A stretch of 58,450 nt of DNA, filler included, from Sphacelaria rigidula (taxonomy: Eukaryota): NCBI GenBank assembly GCA_964200075.2. It is 3 parts of 3 records of this genome, joined end to end, with 100 filler letters (N's around TTAATTAATTAA, not from the genome) between each part and the next. Parts side by side here need not be neighbours in the genome. Positions count along the whole stretch, not along the records: positions 19,533 to 38,956 come from CAXNAA020000674.1; 2 more parts are not named here. The stretch is one strand, 5' to 3'. Made by a program: the position numbers and the translations under genes. The notes under the pieces were generated by a model. The model saw only the letters and a program-made list of their open reading frames with translations, did not search any database and was not told where the DNA came from. Positions 24,730-37,178 of this stretch are shown here, piece by piece (the first letter of the stretch is position 1; the number at the start of each line of letters is the position of its first letter).

Positions 24730-25750
24730 CAACACAATGCGGGGAACATTTTTTTTTTTGCGCGGGGATTCAAACGATAGAAACGCGTGGTTGCACAGAA
24801 AGGGCGCACGCGTATCACAACAACCTGCTCATAGGTATCCTCTACGTCTCTCTGCAGCAAGAGAAGCCGCCGCCTCGTCGTGGGCAAGTCATGCTCGCAG
24901 AGGCACACGGATTGAAAAAAAATGAGACCTGTCAAGAGCTCCTGTGTTTTTATAAACCATCCTCTGGCCACAATCGACCAACGGGTGCTTGAACTTGGGG
25001 ACATTGCAATTGGTTGCAAGGTTGTGCGGGGCGTACGCATTTGTTTTGGCGCAGGAATTGTTGAGACGATAGAAACACGTGGTGGCACAGAGATGGTGCA
25101 CTCGTATTACAGCAGCCCGCGCATCTGTGTCCCCTGCGTCTTCATCCAGCAAGAAGAGCTGCAGCCTCCTCGTGGGCAAGTCATGCACTTAGATTAGAGG
25201 CGCACTAATTGACGGTTTGGACGAATCACCGCCGGTTCAAATCGTTAAATCCACGGTTTTTCAGGCCTGGTTGCTCGACAGAGACAGAAAAGTTGACCGC
25301 TGGTCAAAAAGATATTGACGAAATTTTTGCGCCATTCCACGTGCCTGGGCTGCGCGTACCTGGGTTGCAACGCTGAAAACAAAGCCTAAGGATTGATTCG
25401 TACGGTACGAATCAACTACACGAAGATCAAGTCATTCACAGACGAATCATTCATTCGTCCGACCTTTGCACTAATTGAAAGAATGAAACCCGTCGAAATT
25501 ATTGGGTGTTTTTAAAGGTACCCACATGCCACGAAATCTCAAGACTCCCCGATACACGGGCGAGTGGAGTTGGGGACATTCCAAATGGTAGTGCGGGACG
25601 CACATGTTTTGGGTGGGGGCGCAGGAATTATTCAAACGATATAGACACGCGGTTGAACAGGCAGGGCCCGCTTTGATCACGGTACGCCACCTATCGATGT
25701 TCTCTGCGTCTCTGTGCAGGACAAAGGCGATGCAGCATTGTGGTGAAATA
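24730..25750. repeat. Degenerate intronic tandem repeat of about 290 bp (3 units, interrupted)
   Basis: acgatagaaac(a/g)cgtgg...cgtgggcaagtcatgc near 24774 and 25065, with a more diverged unit near 25637. Confidence 0.65.
25215..25470 (+). repeat. Dispersed repeat family copy (others at 36386-36641 + and 54100-54282 -)
   Basis: Shared gcgccattccacgtgcctgggct...caacgctgaaaac...gtccgacc. Confidence 0.8.
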
Positions 25751-26214
25751 AAGCGCAAAAACTTGACACCATCTCTTATACTTACAAACTTCACACGCCA
25801 CACCACTTGACGCCCCTTACCGCTTAGATGTCCACATCTGGAGTCGGGATCATTTTCACTTGGAAAAATCTGAAAATGATGCCGACTCCACAAATGAAAC
25901 CCTCAATACGCTCGTTGGGGTGAAGAAACTATTTTGGCTCAAAATAGCCTACTGAGCAAAGGTACTCAGAAGGCCATCTGAGTTTCTGTGAGTCTCCTAC
26001 GCAATTCTCTCACGACCGACCGGATGAATCCCCCGTTTGTGACTGACTTGCTCGATCTTTCCATCAGGAAGAGCCGGGACACCTTTTTTTTTCCCTATAT
26101 GTTTTGTGAGCGATTCGTATATCTAACCATATCGCACCCCGCGTCCATCAATCTCTCACGACGGGCGGGGGAGGGTTATCGGAAATTTATAACCCGAATG
26201 AATGAAGTGATTTG

Positions 26215-26520
26215 AGTTGATTGATTGATAATTTGTCCCACTTTAACTGACCCCCCAGGTAGTCATGATCCAGCCGTGGTCACATGATAGACGTGCCCAA
26301 GACAAGGCAAAACTGAAACAATCGCTGAAAAAAAAAAAAAACATAAAAAAATCGAACAGAATGACATGGTGGACTAAGACGGGGAAAAGAAAAAAAATCG
26401 AGAAAAGCGAAGCACAGAAAAATATGGCCGGTCTAGAACAAGAAACAGAAGAAGAAATGCAAAGAACAAGAAGGAAAAAAAGAAGAAGAAAAAAGCCCAA
26501 GGGATTCAGGGTAGCAGCGA
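26215..26520 (-). mobile_element. Retroposon-like (SINE/LINE 3' end) fragment; second copy at 28085-28365
   Basis: Both copies share ctttaactgaccccccaggtagtcatgatccag and end in an (ATCA)n-like tail on the minus strand. Confidence 0.55.
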
Positions 26521-27387
26521 GTGTATCAGTATAGTAAATTTCTACCGTTGTGCGGTATAACACTGCACGGTATGTCTACTTTCGCAACCAAGCGCACGCT
26601 CCAAGTCAAATACCCCGGCGGGGTTTCACACACATGAAAGCACTCCTGAAGCCCCACACGTTAAAATCGTAGTGATGTCAACAATGGAGCAACTGGTGCC
26701 GATCGTAATATTGTTACTTTCCTGAGTATGTGTGCGCTTACATATGGAGCGCGCGCTTGGGTTGTGAAGACAGACAGGACTGCGCAGTATTGCGCGCCAC
26801 AGCGGTAGAATAGCAACCGTTCTCTGTCACTTGTTTCGCGTCGTTTCTGTTGATTGAATTCATGCCGCGGGATTCGGTGACCGTCAGTTCTGAGTTGTGG
26901 CGGGCGGGACGGAAAAATACGTGCGGGCAACTTATCGCACACCATAGACCTGCTTGCTTGTACCGTAGTTCATCACCCATACCGTACGTGAACATCGTAC
27001 ACGATATCGTACTAGAATGATACTTATAATTTTTTATTTGGGGGAGATGCGGTAGTTTCCCCATCCGAGCAGGAAGGTGATGAACCAAAAGTCAACGTCC
27101 AAAGAATCGGAGAATTGATATGGTTTCCTCAGAGCTAGCCGAAAAACATTGCCCAAAGGACTGGGGTCCAAAAATTCAATCCACGGGAGAAAATCGTCTA
27201 GACGGGCTGAAATCCTCATGTTGGTACAAATACGGATCTGTTGCCATACAATGCGGTCTAAGAGTGGAACGTGGTCCTGAAATTGTCCGCCGTATGTCAT
27301 GTTCTTGGAGCGCCACAACACATCGCTCTCTCACTGATACCCACACAACATTCAAACTGCGGAACCATCAAACTCCCCCCGAAATAG

Positions 27388-27702
27388 GCTGCCAGAGAGG
27401 AAGGAGAAATCGCGGGACGATCCAAAGCTCGGCAGACCCATCCTCTCCGAAGCTTGGACGGAGCCCTCGCCGAGAGCAGCGAGGTCAACACCAGCACTAA
27501 TTTAGAGGCGCAGGCGAGACTGATGGAGGCGCGACAGTGGGAAGAGGCGGAGGCTGCTTGGGCAAGGGAGGTGAAGGCTGGTAGGAGGAGGGAGATGGAG
27601 CTGGGCGCGGCCAGGCAAGAAGAGGAGGCGGCTCGCGGGCTAGCGGAGGAGAGGTTGCAGGCGGCGCTTGCGGAGCTAGAGATCAGGGATGCTGATCGAG
27701 AG
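27388..27702 (+). CDS. Coiled-coil gene exon (AAREEGE...IRDADRE)
   Basis: aaatag| acceptor, GAG|gtattg donor, 315 nt, phase 0/0. Confidence 0.8.
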
Positions 27703-28602
27703 GTATTGCATATTTCATGCGGAGAAATAATGATTGCTGATGACGATGATGCAGATATGCGCGATCTTGCAAGGTAAATATAGGCGATGTATGCGGCAAA
27801 TGTAAACGGGCGTATTGTCAGAGTGAGGAAGGTTTGAGGAGCACAGGTGTGGGTGCCCTGCAGAAACCGACGACTACACCGTTGAGATACGGTCACAGAT
27901 TGTGAGTGCGTACTCGCTGTGGTTCAATTAAACGTTGAGATTAAGGTGCCGTCACGATTCGGTCCCAGTTTTTCGATTCGGATTCACACAGCACGCACAG
28001 AGAACACACATTACCTCGTGCCCTGAAGAAACCGATGACTACACCCTTAAGGTAAGGCCACACAACGTGAACGCGTACTCGCTGATTTGATTGATTGATT
28101 GTCGAACTTTAACTGACCCCCCAGGTAGTCATGATCCAGTCGTGGTCTCATGATGGACGTCCCCAAGAAAAACGAGACTGAAACACGCTCTGAGAAAAAG
28201 AAGAAACAGAAAAAAAGGGGGGGGTCGAACAGAACGACATAGCAGACTAAGTCATAACAAAAAGGAAAGGTGATGAAAAGGTCAACACAAGCAAAGCACA
28301 GAAATAATTGGCCGACCTAAAACAAGAAAAAAGTAAAAGAAGAGGAAAGTACAGAGAGGTTCATTTAATCGTCGGGGTTGAAGTGCCGTCACGATTCGGT
28401 TCCAGTTTTTCGACTCGAATTCACACAACACGCGCAGGGTACATACATTACCGGTTTCGGCTTCACTTCGGAGTTCGGTCGCATGGAAGTTACGAGTCGG
28501 CGACATGATAGGGTTCGCTCGATACCGAGCGTTTTGGTTGCACGTACGTTGTTCGATCAGGTCGGTTTACCTTGTGGTTCGGCTACACGTCGCCCTTCAC
28601 AG

Positions 28603-28752
28603 GAAACTGATGGGCGTCTCCGAGAAGCAGAGCGAGAGCTGTCGGCGGCGCGCAGGCTGCTTCGAGAGGCCGGGGCCGAGCGAGAGCTGCTGAGGAATCG
28701 ATTGGAGGAGGCCCGCAAAGAGACGGAGGAGCTGATCCAGGCCACTTCACAG
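28603..28752 (+). CDS. Coiled-coil gene exon (ETDGRLRE...IQATSQ)
   Basis: cttcacag| acceptor, CAG|gtgccc donor, 150 nt. Confidence 0.82.
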
Positions 28753-29022
28753 GTGCCCCGGAGGATTACACAGCACCTGTATCAAAGTTGACCGTGTAAA
28801 TTTCCCCCCCTCCCCCCCTACCGGATAAAGGTGCAGCGCGCTAAGGTGTACAGTACCAAACGCCTGTAAGATCTAGGCTCAACACACACACATACACAAT
28901 GTTTCGGCTGCTATGCGTCAATACGTCGTGTACATGTCCGGTGACAAGCGTGACCTCTTTTGTTTTTGTCTGTTGTTTTCGGTTCCCTCGATATCTACGC
29001 TTGCTCTGCTTTCTTGTCCCAG

Positions 29023-29202
29023 GGTGAATACGTCGGGCAGTCACAGCAACGTCGGCGTATGCAAGAACCAACTGAGGGTGGGTCATCGGCTGTGCGGGCA
29101 GGGGCGGCGACGGGGGGACGCGAAGCCTTCTTGCGTGAGCGGGAACTACGAGAGGAAGCGGAGCTGCGCTTCGCGCGAGTGCGGGCGGCCCTTGATGAGC
29201 AG
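29023..29202 (+). CDS. Coiled-coil gene exon (GEYVGQ...AALDEQ)
   Basis: tcttgtcccag| acceptor, CAG|gtaatc donor, 180 nt. Confidence 0.8.
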
Positions 29203-29478
29203 GTAATCTCATGACCTATTTTTTGTAAGGAGGGCACATGCATCCACCGCTCAAGTTAGCTTAGTGCTGGCGCGATTCAAGCTTGGATACGAAGTAGAGA
29301 TATTTTTGCTGTGTACATATTGCAATACTCGCAAGCATTCAGAGGTTGCTATACGCAAGCTTCCAAGTAGACGTTCTCAATATGCATCTACAACAAGGAA
29401 ACGCGACTGTAAGTGGTCTTCCTGCCCCCATTCGTCACCGCTGACGTTGCACGTACACATCCACGCGTGTCAACGTAG

Positions 29479-29577
29479 CTCGCGCTAGATGCGGAGACCC
29501 TTGAGCGCATGGACGAACTCGCGCTTCAGGCCAGACAAGAGCAGGAAGCAACGGAACGCGAGAGGGCACGTCTTGAG
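29479..29577 (+). CDS. Coiled-coil gene exon (LALDAETLERMDEL...RARLE)
   Basis: caacgtag| acceptor, GAG|gtaaga donor, 99 nt. Confidence 0.78.
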
Positions 29578-31157
29578 GTAAGAATTCATGAGCTGAGAGG
29601 AGGAAGCAAAATATGTGAGGTTGGTGGTGTGTCGTTGCTTGTGAGCACAAGGGAAAAAATGGGGGGGGAAACGGAGGAAATTGACGATGTATAGAAAAGT
29701 ACGGGTACCCCCCCCAATTTTTTTTTTGAAAAGTAAAGAAAAGCCAAAAAGGTGTGAACCCAATGAGAGGATTCGCTGCGCTAGCTCAAAAGGCGACACG
29801 CCGGGAATAGTCGCCTTAGGTGCCCTCTGAACCCTCTGAGGATGTCAAACGACGCTTTCTTGAACGACAATCGCAGCACCAACCGCAGCACTGGCGATTG
29901 GCAAAGCAGGTTGCCGCTTGCGGTGGTAGTGCACCTCCGTTTGGCCATGCGCGTGGGGGGTGTACCCCCTCGTCTCTGCCAACGCTTGAAACTCCCCCCT
30001 TTTTGCTTGCCTTCCACCGCTTGTGGTTCTTCACCCTTCACATTGAGTACCCCCTTTTGTCCCCCTTTGGGACAAGTTGGGCTAGCGTCATAGTGGTGAT
30101 CACACGTGAGTAACTTCAGACTAACAATAGGTGGACAACGGGTAGCTACAACAGTACGCTTTCGAAAATGGAGCATGTACCGGGTGAGAGATGGACCGAT
30201 TCTTCACGACTGAGGACCCGAGGAGGGGAGGTGTACTGATGATCTTGCGTACCGTAGTCATAAGATCATTGAACTCGCATCTCTGTAAGGCCGGGACGCA
30301 GCACGCCGGGTTTTCACCAGGCCAGGCGCGAGGAAGGGGAGCGGGTACAACTATGTCGGCAAAAAAAAACGTAACTAAAGTGCTTTGGGTGATTGGGATC
30401 CTATTGGGCAATCAGTCTGACCGGCCCGCACTGTTTGGCGTCTCGCTGTAGAAATGTGCTTTGCTGTGCTGTCTGTGTTTGCACAATAGAATAGCTGCTT
30501 TGCACAGCACATAAATCCTCGGCGCCGTGCCTCTAGCTATCCCTCACAGGAAAGGCTGGGTCATTTGTCTTCGATGTTGTTGCTTGCCGCCGTAAACGTA
30601 GCTACAACAAGGGGAACAACCAGACCGTGACTGCGCACTAGTAGTAGTGAATATTATTTTTAACAGAGAGGCGTATATCCTCACACATCGTGGGTGATGG
30701 GGGGGCGGGGGCGTACTCATTTGTTGCTTGCCCTAGTCGTTTGGCCATTGACCGGGAGTTGGGGGGGGGGGCTGTGACGTCTAGCTCAGCGTCGTGTCAG
30801 CCAACATTTGGTATACTCACATTTGGCCAAAGGTTCGGGGGGTGCATGTACTTCCGTCTACTTTCGAAGAAAAAATATCGCTCTCGCTTCGTTTCACCAA
30901 TGCGCTACCACGTTCACCCGCCCCAGACACCGGACGCACTTTTTTTTCGACGCCTTTTTACTCTTGCACTGAACGAATTCTTTTTGTTTGGGTCACAGCG
31001 TTATACAATCTTCGGGTTGATTCACTTCAAGCGATATGATTGTGGCACTTCTCTTCGCATTTTTTTACATTGCATTTCTCTGTTTTGCGTTCAAACTGTT
31101 CTCACTCCACTTCGTGTGTGTATACATTCTTGTGTGTGTGTTTGTTCGTTATCCCAG

Positions 31158-33305
31158 GGGTGCGCGATCCAGCTAGAACGCGGCAAGCGCGCTGCTGAAG
31201 GTGCCCTGCGCGCTACGCAGGAAGAACTCGAAGAAGCGTGCCTGGAGCTTGAAGACGCAACCCATCGCCTCGCTCAATCGCAGCACCAACTCTCTGCCGC
31301 CAAGCAAGACCTTTCGGAAGCGCGGGAATCGCTGAGCCTCGCCCAAGAACAACTGGCGGATGCGCGTGGTGCTCTATCGCTTGCTCAGGAGGAACTGACC
31401 TCTGTCAGAGAGGAGCTCTCATTGACCAAGGACGCGCTTTCGGCCGCAAGGGAGGAACTGCGGGTGGCGTACGGCGACCTCGAGGCCGCGCGATCAGAGC
31501 TCGAATCCGCCAACAAAGGCCACTCACTTGCAGAAAACTCACCCGGTAGTGCCAGTGGTGAGCTATCCGATATTCGTCGGCAGCTGTTCACGAACGAGGG
31601 GGAACTGATGTCGGTCAGAGAAGAACTATCGTCCGCAAAACGCCGACTGGCGGTGGCAACCACCTCGTGCAGCCCTATCCCCTCGGCAACTACTGCCGCC
31701 GCCGGACTTGTATCCTCGGGATTACATAGCAGTGGCGGCCGCCAGCACAGCGATTCCGACGCAAGCGATGACGTTCATGGGTGTGCCATTCCCACCACCG
31801 CAGGCACCACTGCTGGGGCTGAATGTGTTTTCGTTGCCGGGTCGACCGAAACGGCCGTTCAGGAGGGTCACTTACTGCAGCTCGAGGATCAAGTGTTGCT
31901 GCGTGCGGCTGAGACTCAACCGCAGGCAGCCACCGCCGCCAGCGAACTCTTCAATCTCCGGCAGAAAATTGAAGCGGCAGAGTTGGAGGTAGCACGCGTT
32001 AGAGGGGAGCAGACAGCGACGGAGCGGGAGTTGGCGGCGGTTCGTGAACAGCTAGTCGATACCCGGGTCACGTTCGAGGCAACCCAGGCGGCAGACGCGG
32101 CCACGTTTATGGAGAGAGTAGAGGACGCCAACGAGCGCCGCGCGATGGCGGAGGCAAAAGTGGCCGAGGCTGAACGAGAGACGGCCGCCTCCGCCGTCGC
32201 CGCAGCCAGCGAACTCGCCGAACTCCGGGACAAACTTGGAGTAGCGGAGTTAGAAGCGGCACGGGCTAGAGAGGAGCACGCAGCGATGGGGCAAGAGTTG
32301 GCGGCGGTTCGTGAGGAGTTGGTCGACGCACGAGCTACGTTCGAGGCATCCCAGGTGGCTGACGCGGTCGCTTTCACGAAGAAGGTGGAGCACGCCAACG
32401 AGCGTCGCGCGGCGGCGGAGGAAAAAGTGGCTGAGACTGAACGAGAAGCGGCGGCCGCCGCCGCCGCCACCGCCGGTGAACTTTCCAACCTCCGGCAGAA
32501 ACTTGAATTGGCGGAGTCAGAAGCGGTACGGGCTAGAGAGGAGCAGGCGGTATCGGGGCGGGAGTTGGCGGCGGTTCGTGAGCAGTTGGTCAGCGCCCGA
32601 GCTACGTTCGAGGCAACCCAGGCGGCGGATGCGGCCGCTTTCGAGGAGAGGGTGGAGCACGCTAAAGAGCGCCGCGCCGCTGCCGAGGCAAAAGTGGCCG
32701 AGACTGAACGAGAGGCGGCCGCCGCCGCCGTCTCCGCTGCCAACAAACTCTCCCATCTCCAGCAGAAACTCGAAGCAGCGGAGTTGGAGGTGGTACAAGC
32801 TAGACAGAAGCGGGAAGCAGTAGAGCGGGAGTTAGTGGCGGTTCGTGAGCAGCTGGTAGGTGCACGCGCTACGTTCGAGGCAACCCAGGCAGCGGACACC
32901 GCCGCTTTCACGCAGAAGGTGGAGCACGCCAACGAGCGTCGGGTGGCGGTCGAAGCTAAGGCGGCTGAAACTGAACGAGCGGCGGCTGCCTCCGCCCTCG
33001 CTGCCGCTGGCGAACTCTCCGATCTCCGGCACAAATTTCAAGCGGCGGAGTTAGATGTGGCACGGGCTAGAGAGGGGCAGGCAGTATCGGAGCGGGAGTT
33101 GGCGGCAGTTTGTGAACAGCTGGTAATCTCCCGAGCTACGTTCGAGGCAACCCAGGCTGCAGACGCGGCCGGTTACAAGGAGAGGGTGGAGCACGCCAAC
33201 GAGCGTCGGGCGGCGGCCGAGGCGAAGATGGCGGACCTCGTCGAGAAACTGGCGCAGGCGCAAGCGGAGGCCGTTGTTGCTGCAGCTGAGATGGAGCAAA
33301 CCCGG
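31158..33305 (+). CDS. Coiled-coil gene large exon with five 89-aa repeats
   Basis: ttatcccag| acceptor, CGG|gtgaga donor, 2148 nt (716 codons); the ORF track start at 30690 is intronic read-through. Confidence 0.9.
31944..33235 (+). repeat. Five 267-nt (89-aa) coding tandem repeats
   Basis: Units start at 31944, 32211, 32478, 32745 and 33012; core RATFEATQAADAAAF.ERVEHANERR. Confidence 0.95.
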
Positions 33306-33652
33306 GTGAGATGTTAGCTAGGTTGAAAAGGACCTGAGGGAGGAGAAGAGGGTGATGAGTGTAGGGCCGAGAATGAATCTGTGTTGGGTGGTGTCTGTTT
33401 TGTAATTTCGTAGATTCCTCGCGAGTAGGAGCTGCTCCTTTGAGGGGTTTGTCTCCACACGAGATTCATCACCAAATGTCATGTAGGGGAGTCGTGAACG
33501 GGGATAGTTTCGGTTCATCACGCGTCGAGGCGACTAAAATAATGTTTTCCCAAGTGTATTGTCTAAGCTATGTCCGTATACTTGGGTGTCGGTCGATTGA
33601 ACAGAAACGCCAGGACAGCGAGAATCTCACAAGACCACTTGCACGCTCCCAG

Positions 33653-33688
33653 CTGGAGCGAGAGGTTGAGGCAGCCGAGGTATCCAGG
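33653..33688 (+). CDS. Coiled-coil gene micro-exon (LEREVEAAEVSR)
   Basis: gctcccag| acceptor, AGG|gtacgc donor (an alternative in-frame donor lies after 33679). Confidence 0.6.
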
Positions 33689-33758
33689 GTACGCATGCGT
33701 TTGCCGCCGTCTACTGATGGTTGCGTTTAACATTTGGGGTTGTATTATTCCACAGTGC

Positions 33759-33813
33759 GCTGTGCTGTGCTGTGCTGTGCTGTGCTGTGCTGTGCTGTGC
33801 TGTGCTGTGCTGT
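33759..33813. repeat. (TGTGC)n microsatellite
   Basis: About 11 perfect pentamer units. Confidence 0.95.
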
Positions 33814-34082
33814 ACAGTTCTCTGATCCGCGATCGTAGGTTCATTGGGTGTGCTGAGATTCACGCGATAGTCTGAAGTATTCCTCCTGTTTCAAATCCCA
33901 TGTCGACGACAAGGTGGAGTGCAATTCGCTCAAAAATTGTTGCGGTAAACCAGCGCTATTGAAAAAAATCACAACAGCCAGAGTTGCCTAGTGGGCCGAA
34001 CTCTTCGCCAATTCGCACGCGCTACTCAATTACCCTCGGTTGATCGCCTTTTTCCTACCGTGTATGTGCTTGCGAAAAACAG

Positions 34083-34247
34083 ATTTCCCTCGAAACACGC
34101 CTCTCCTCTATGAAGAATGACCTGGTGGCTGCCGGTAGACTGGCGGATGATCACGCAAAAAGGGCCGACACGCTGGAGATGGCAAATCGGGCTTTGAAGC
34201 AGGAACTGGAAGTTCGAGAGGCATCGGCGGCTGCGGCCGAAGAAGAG
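34083..34247 (+). CDS. Coiled-coil gene exon (ISLETRL...AAAEEE)
   Basis: aaacag| acceptor, GAG|gtgggt donor, 165 nt. Confidence 0.8.
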
Positions 34248-34767
34248 GTGGGTCATTGTGTGCTTTTCGCCCGTACATTGATAAATCTATTGATTATATA
34301 CTATGTTCACTCTTTATTCGATCACTCACTGATCTCTCACCAGCCACGCACTGCTCTAGTGGTTCGTTCGTGTATCAATTCATGTATGGATCTGTCCCAT
34401 TTGATATATTTCTGTGAGTGTCTTTAACTCTTTTTTATCTCTAATTAGCTCACGCACGTCGAGGAATAGCTGAGTACCGTATCGTAGAAGAGAGAGAGTA
34501 TGCGAAGCGTAAGTAGCATACCACCCCCTGAATAACATCCTCGGATGATATATTTCTGCCTTCAAAATGTCATCACCCGGGCGCCGTTATTATTATTATT
34601 TATTATTATATCCATCACATTAGCTCGAACGCCGTATGCACCGTATTCTATGGCAGGTAGCGACCGAAGGGTTATTCTTGAGGCCACGCAAAAAAAGGGC
34701 GATCTGTGACAAACCTTGGTTCTCTTCCGTCTCTTAATGCACGTGTGTTTCGCGAAATATTCCGCAG

Positions 34768-34908
34768 GTGACCCGTTTAGAGGTCGAGCTGAGAGAGGCC
34801 GAAGTAAACGTCGCGGGTTTGCAAGAAAAATTGCAGGAAGCGTTACGTCAATCGAACTCGGCGGCCGCTGAGTCTGAAGCACGGAGTACCAGAACTCGAG
34901 AGCTGGAG
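34768..34908 (+). CDS. Coiled-coil gene exon (VTRLEVEL...TRELE)
   Basis: ttccgcag| acceptor, GAG|gtgcgc donor, 141 nt. Confidence 0.82.
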
Positions 34909-35229
34909 GTGCGCGCACACATGGTTTGCCTAGGCATTTTGTCCAAGTTCGTTGTTGAGTTTTTCGATGTGTTCAGCTTGTTTGTGTAATAATTTTGTAG
35001 TCTCTCTTGAACATTGATGTGATACAACCCGAACCCGCTCATTTGTATAACCTTTCAACACGTTCACACCTTGCGACGTTCTGTGCTGCGTTTTACCCGT
35101 CCACCGTTTTCCTGTCCAGTCTCATCTTGGTTTAAAATTAGTCTATCCTGTTCCGGGTTGTCCGTGTTGCATTCTGGATTCTTACATTTCGCTTGTGCCA
35201 TCTTATTTTCTTGCAACTCGGGTCGGTAG

Positions 35230-35349
35230 ACCGCCCTGGCCGATAGCGAAGCTAGGGTGGTCGCTGCCAGGGCAGAGGTTTCGGCCTCACATAGCCAGCA
35301 GGAGGTGCTGGAGGCCAAGCTGGCAGCTATCCGAGGCAGAGGACAGGAG
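35230..35349 (+). CDS. Coiled-coil gene exon (TALADSE...RGRGQE)
   Basis: cggtag| acceptor, GAG|gtgcgg donor, 120 nt. Confidence 0.75.
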
Positions 35350-35702
35350 GTGCGGAGGATGTTCATGTTTGCTATTTCCTGAATGATATCTTGATGCTTC
35401 GTTCTTTTCTTCAACATAACACACAATACTTACTGTGTCAGGGCCTATGTGGCCGTGGTTGCACACAGTAGAAGTGCCGTCCCAAAAGATTTCGACCAAA
35501 CATGGCTATTACCAGTGCGATCCATGCTGGAATTGTACATGCACGTCCACCACGATTCGACTTGTTGCTGCCCCGCTCTCTTCAATTTGCGCAAGTGCGG
35601 AGCGTGTGCTAGCTACAAGCAGGCCGCGTCGCTGTGTTTAGCCATCATGAACACCCACTCCCTATCCTCTGCCGCCGCTGCCCCGCTCTTATTACACCCA
35701 AG

Positions 35703-36155
35703 GTCACCGAACGCGAGCTCCGGCAGGAAACAGAGCGGCGCCGCCTGGACCACCTGTTGCAAGACACCCGTGCCGAGCTAAAAACTGCAGTCGCGGCGGC
35801 GGCAGCCGCTACCGCCGCCGAGGGGGAAGCCGCCGCGCGCGCTCAGCGCGCGCGGGCGGCGCAGGAAATGGCAGACGAGTGCGCCGCGACCGCCGACGAG
35901 CGTGCAGACAAGCTGGAGGCGGAGTGCGCCGAGCTGCGGGAGGTGGCCGGGCGGTTGGGTGCTCAGTTTGGAGAGGCCTGTGAGCGGGAGGGGATGCTGC
36001 GGGGTCTATTGAAGAAGGCGGAAGAGGGACGGGTTGCGGCGGAGGCAGCGGGGGAGAAGGCGAGGAAGAAGGTGGTCTGCGAGAGATCGGAGTTGGTGGA
36101 AGCTCGGAGGCGTGTCGATGAGGGGGAAGCAGACAGGAGGCGGTTGGTTGAACAG
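35703..36155 (+). CDS. Coiled-coil gene exon (VTERELRQ...RRLVEQ)
   Basis: cacccaag| acceptor, CAG|gtaagg donor, 453 nt. Confidence 0.82.
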
Positions 36156-36846
36156 GTAAGGGGGAGGAGACGGCGAGGGTCAAGTGGATGGACTATAGTA
36201 CCTTCGTTCAGAGACTGGAGAGGGTGATGAGTATGTGCGTGGCGCGTGCAGCCGCTCTAATGAAGGTTGTCGAAACACTCGACTCAACAGAAATGTAACC
36301 ATCAGCAATGAAGAAATATATGGAGAGGGCGAGTATGGTTTACACGACTTCCGTGCTTCCACGGCGGAAGAGCCCAGGAGTTGAGGGTTCGGACGAATCA
36401 TCGCCGGTTCGAATCACCAAATCTACGATTTCCCAGGCCTGATTGCTCGAAAGAGATGAGTAAGTTGATCGCTGGTCAAAAAGGTCTCCACGCAATGTTT
36501 GCGCCATTCCACGTGCCTGGGCTACGCTCACCAGGTTGCAACGCTGAAAACGAAGCTCCAAGATTGACTCGTACCGCACGAATCAAGTACACTATAATCA
36601 AGTAATTTGTAGATGAATCATTTATTTGTCCGACCCTTGCAGGAGTTGAAGACTTTCACTGTTCTCGTTTGCGTATTTTTGTGCGTGTGTAATCAACCTG
36701 CAGTTGTTGGAGGTTGGACGTGCTACAGACCGAATGGAACAAGAGAAGCACGAACTCAAAAGTTATGCCAACAGTTGGACGCCAGCGTTTTCATCTATCG
36801 ATCGCCTCATCTATTTATGGTTCGTCTCGCGTTTTGTTTTTGTTAG

Positions 36847-36999
36847 ATTGCTGTCCTCCAGGCTGCAGTCGCCACGCATGAGGCCGCCGGCGAACAGATG
36901 TCGGTACTTCGGACCAAGACGACGGCGGCGGAAGAGCAGGCATCGTCTGTTTCCAGGGAAGCAGAGCGACAGGAGCGAGCCCTACGTGCGGAAATCAAG
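36847..36999 (+). CDS. Coiled-coil gene exon (IAVLQAAV...LRAEIK)
   Basis: ttttgttag| acceptor, AAG|gtaaaa donor, 153 nt. Confidence 0.75.
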
Positions 37000-37178
37000 G
37001 TAAAATTCGGTCGTTGCCATTTCAAAACAACGCATGCTATTTTCCCGTATATCGAAGTATCCTAGTGTTCATATCATACGGCTCGAAACACCCTTGTTAC
37101 CCGCCCGCTCACTAGCCCCTTGCTGCCTCCCCCGCACCCTGACATATCCACCGCCGTGCATGATATGCCACTCTCTAG

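Noticed and set aside
30690..31157. N-terminal 156 aa of the 875-aa ORF
   Set aside because: T-rich intronic sequence upstream of a clear acceptor at 31157; composition unlike the rest of the protein
36704..36780. Possible extra exon LLEVGRATDRMEQEKHELK
   Set aside because: Acceptor is plausible but there is no convincing phase-0 donor, and the flanking exons join well without it; left unresolved
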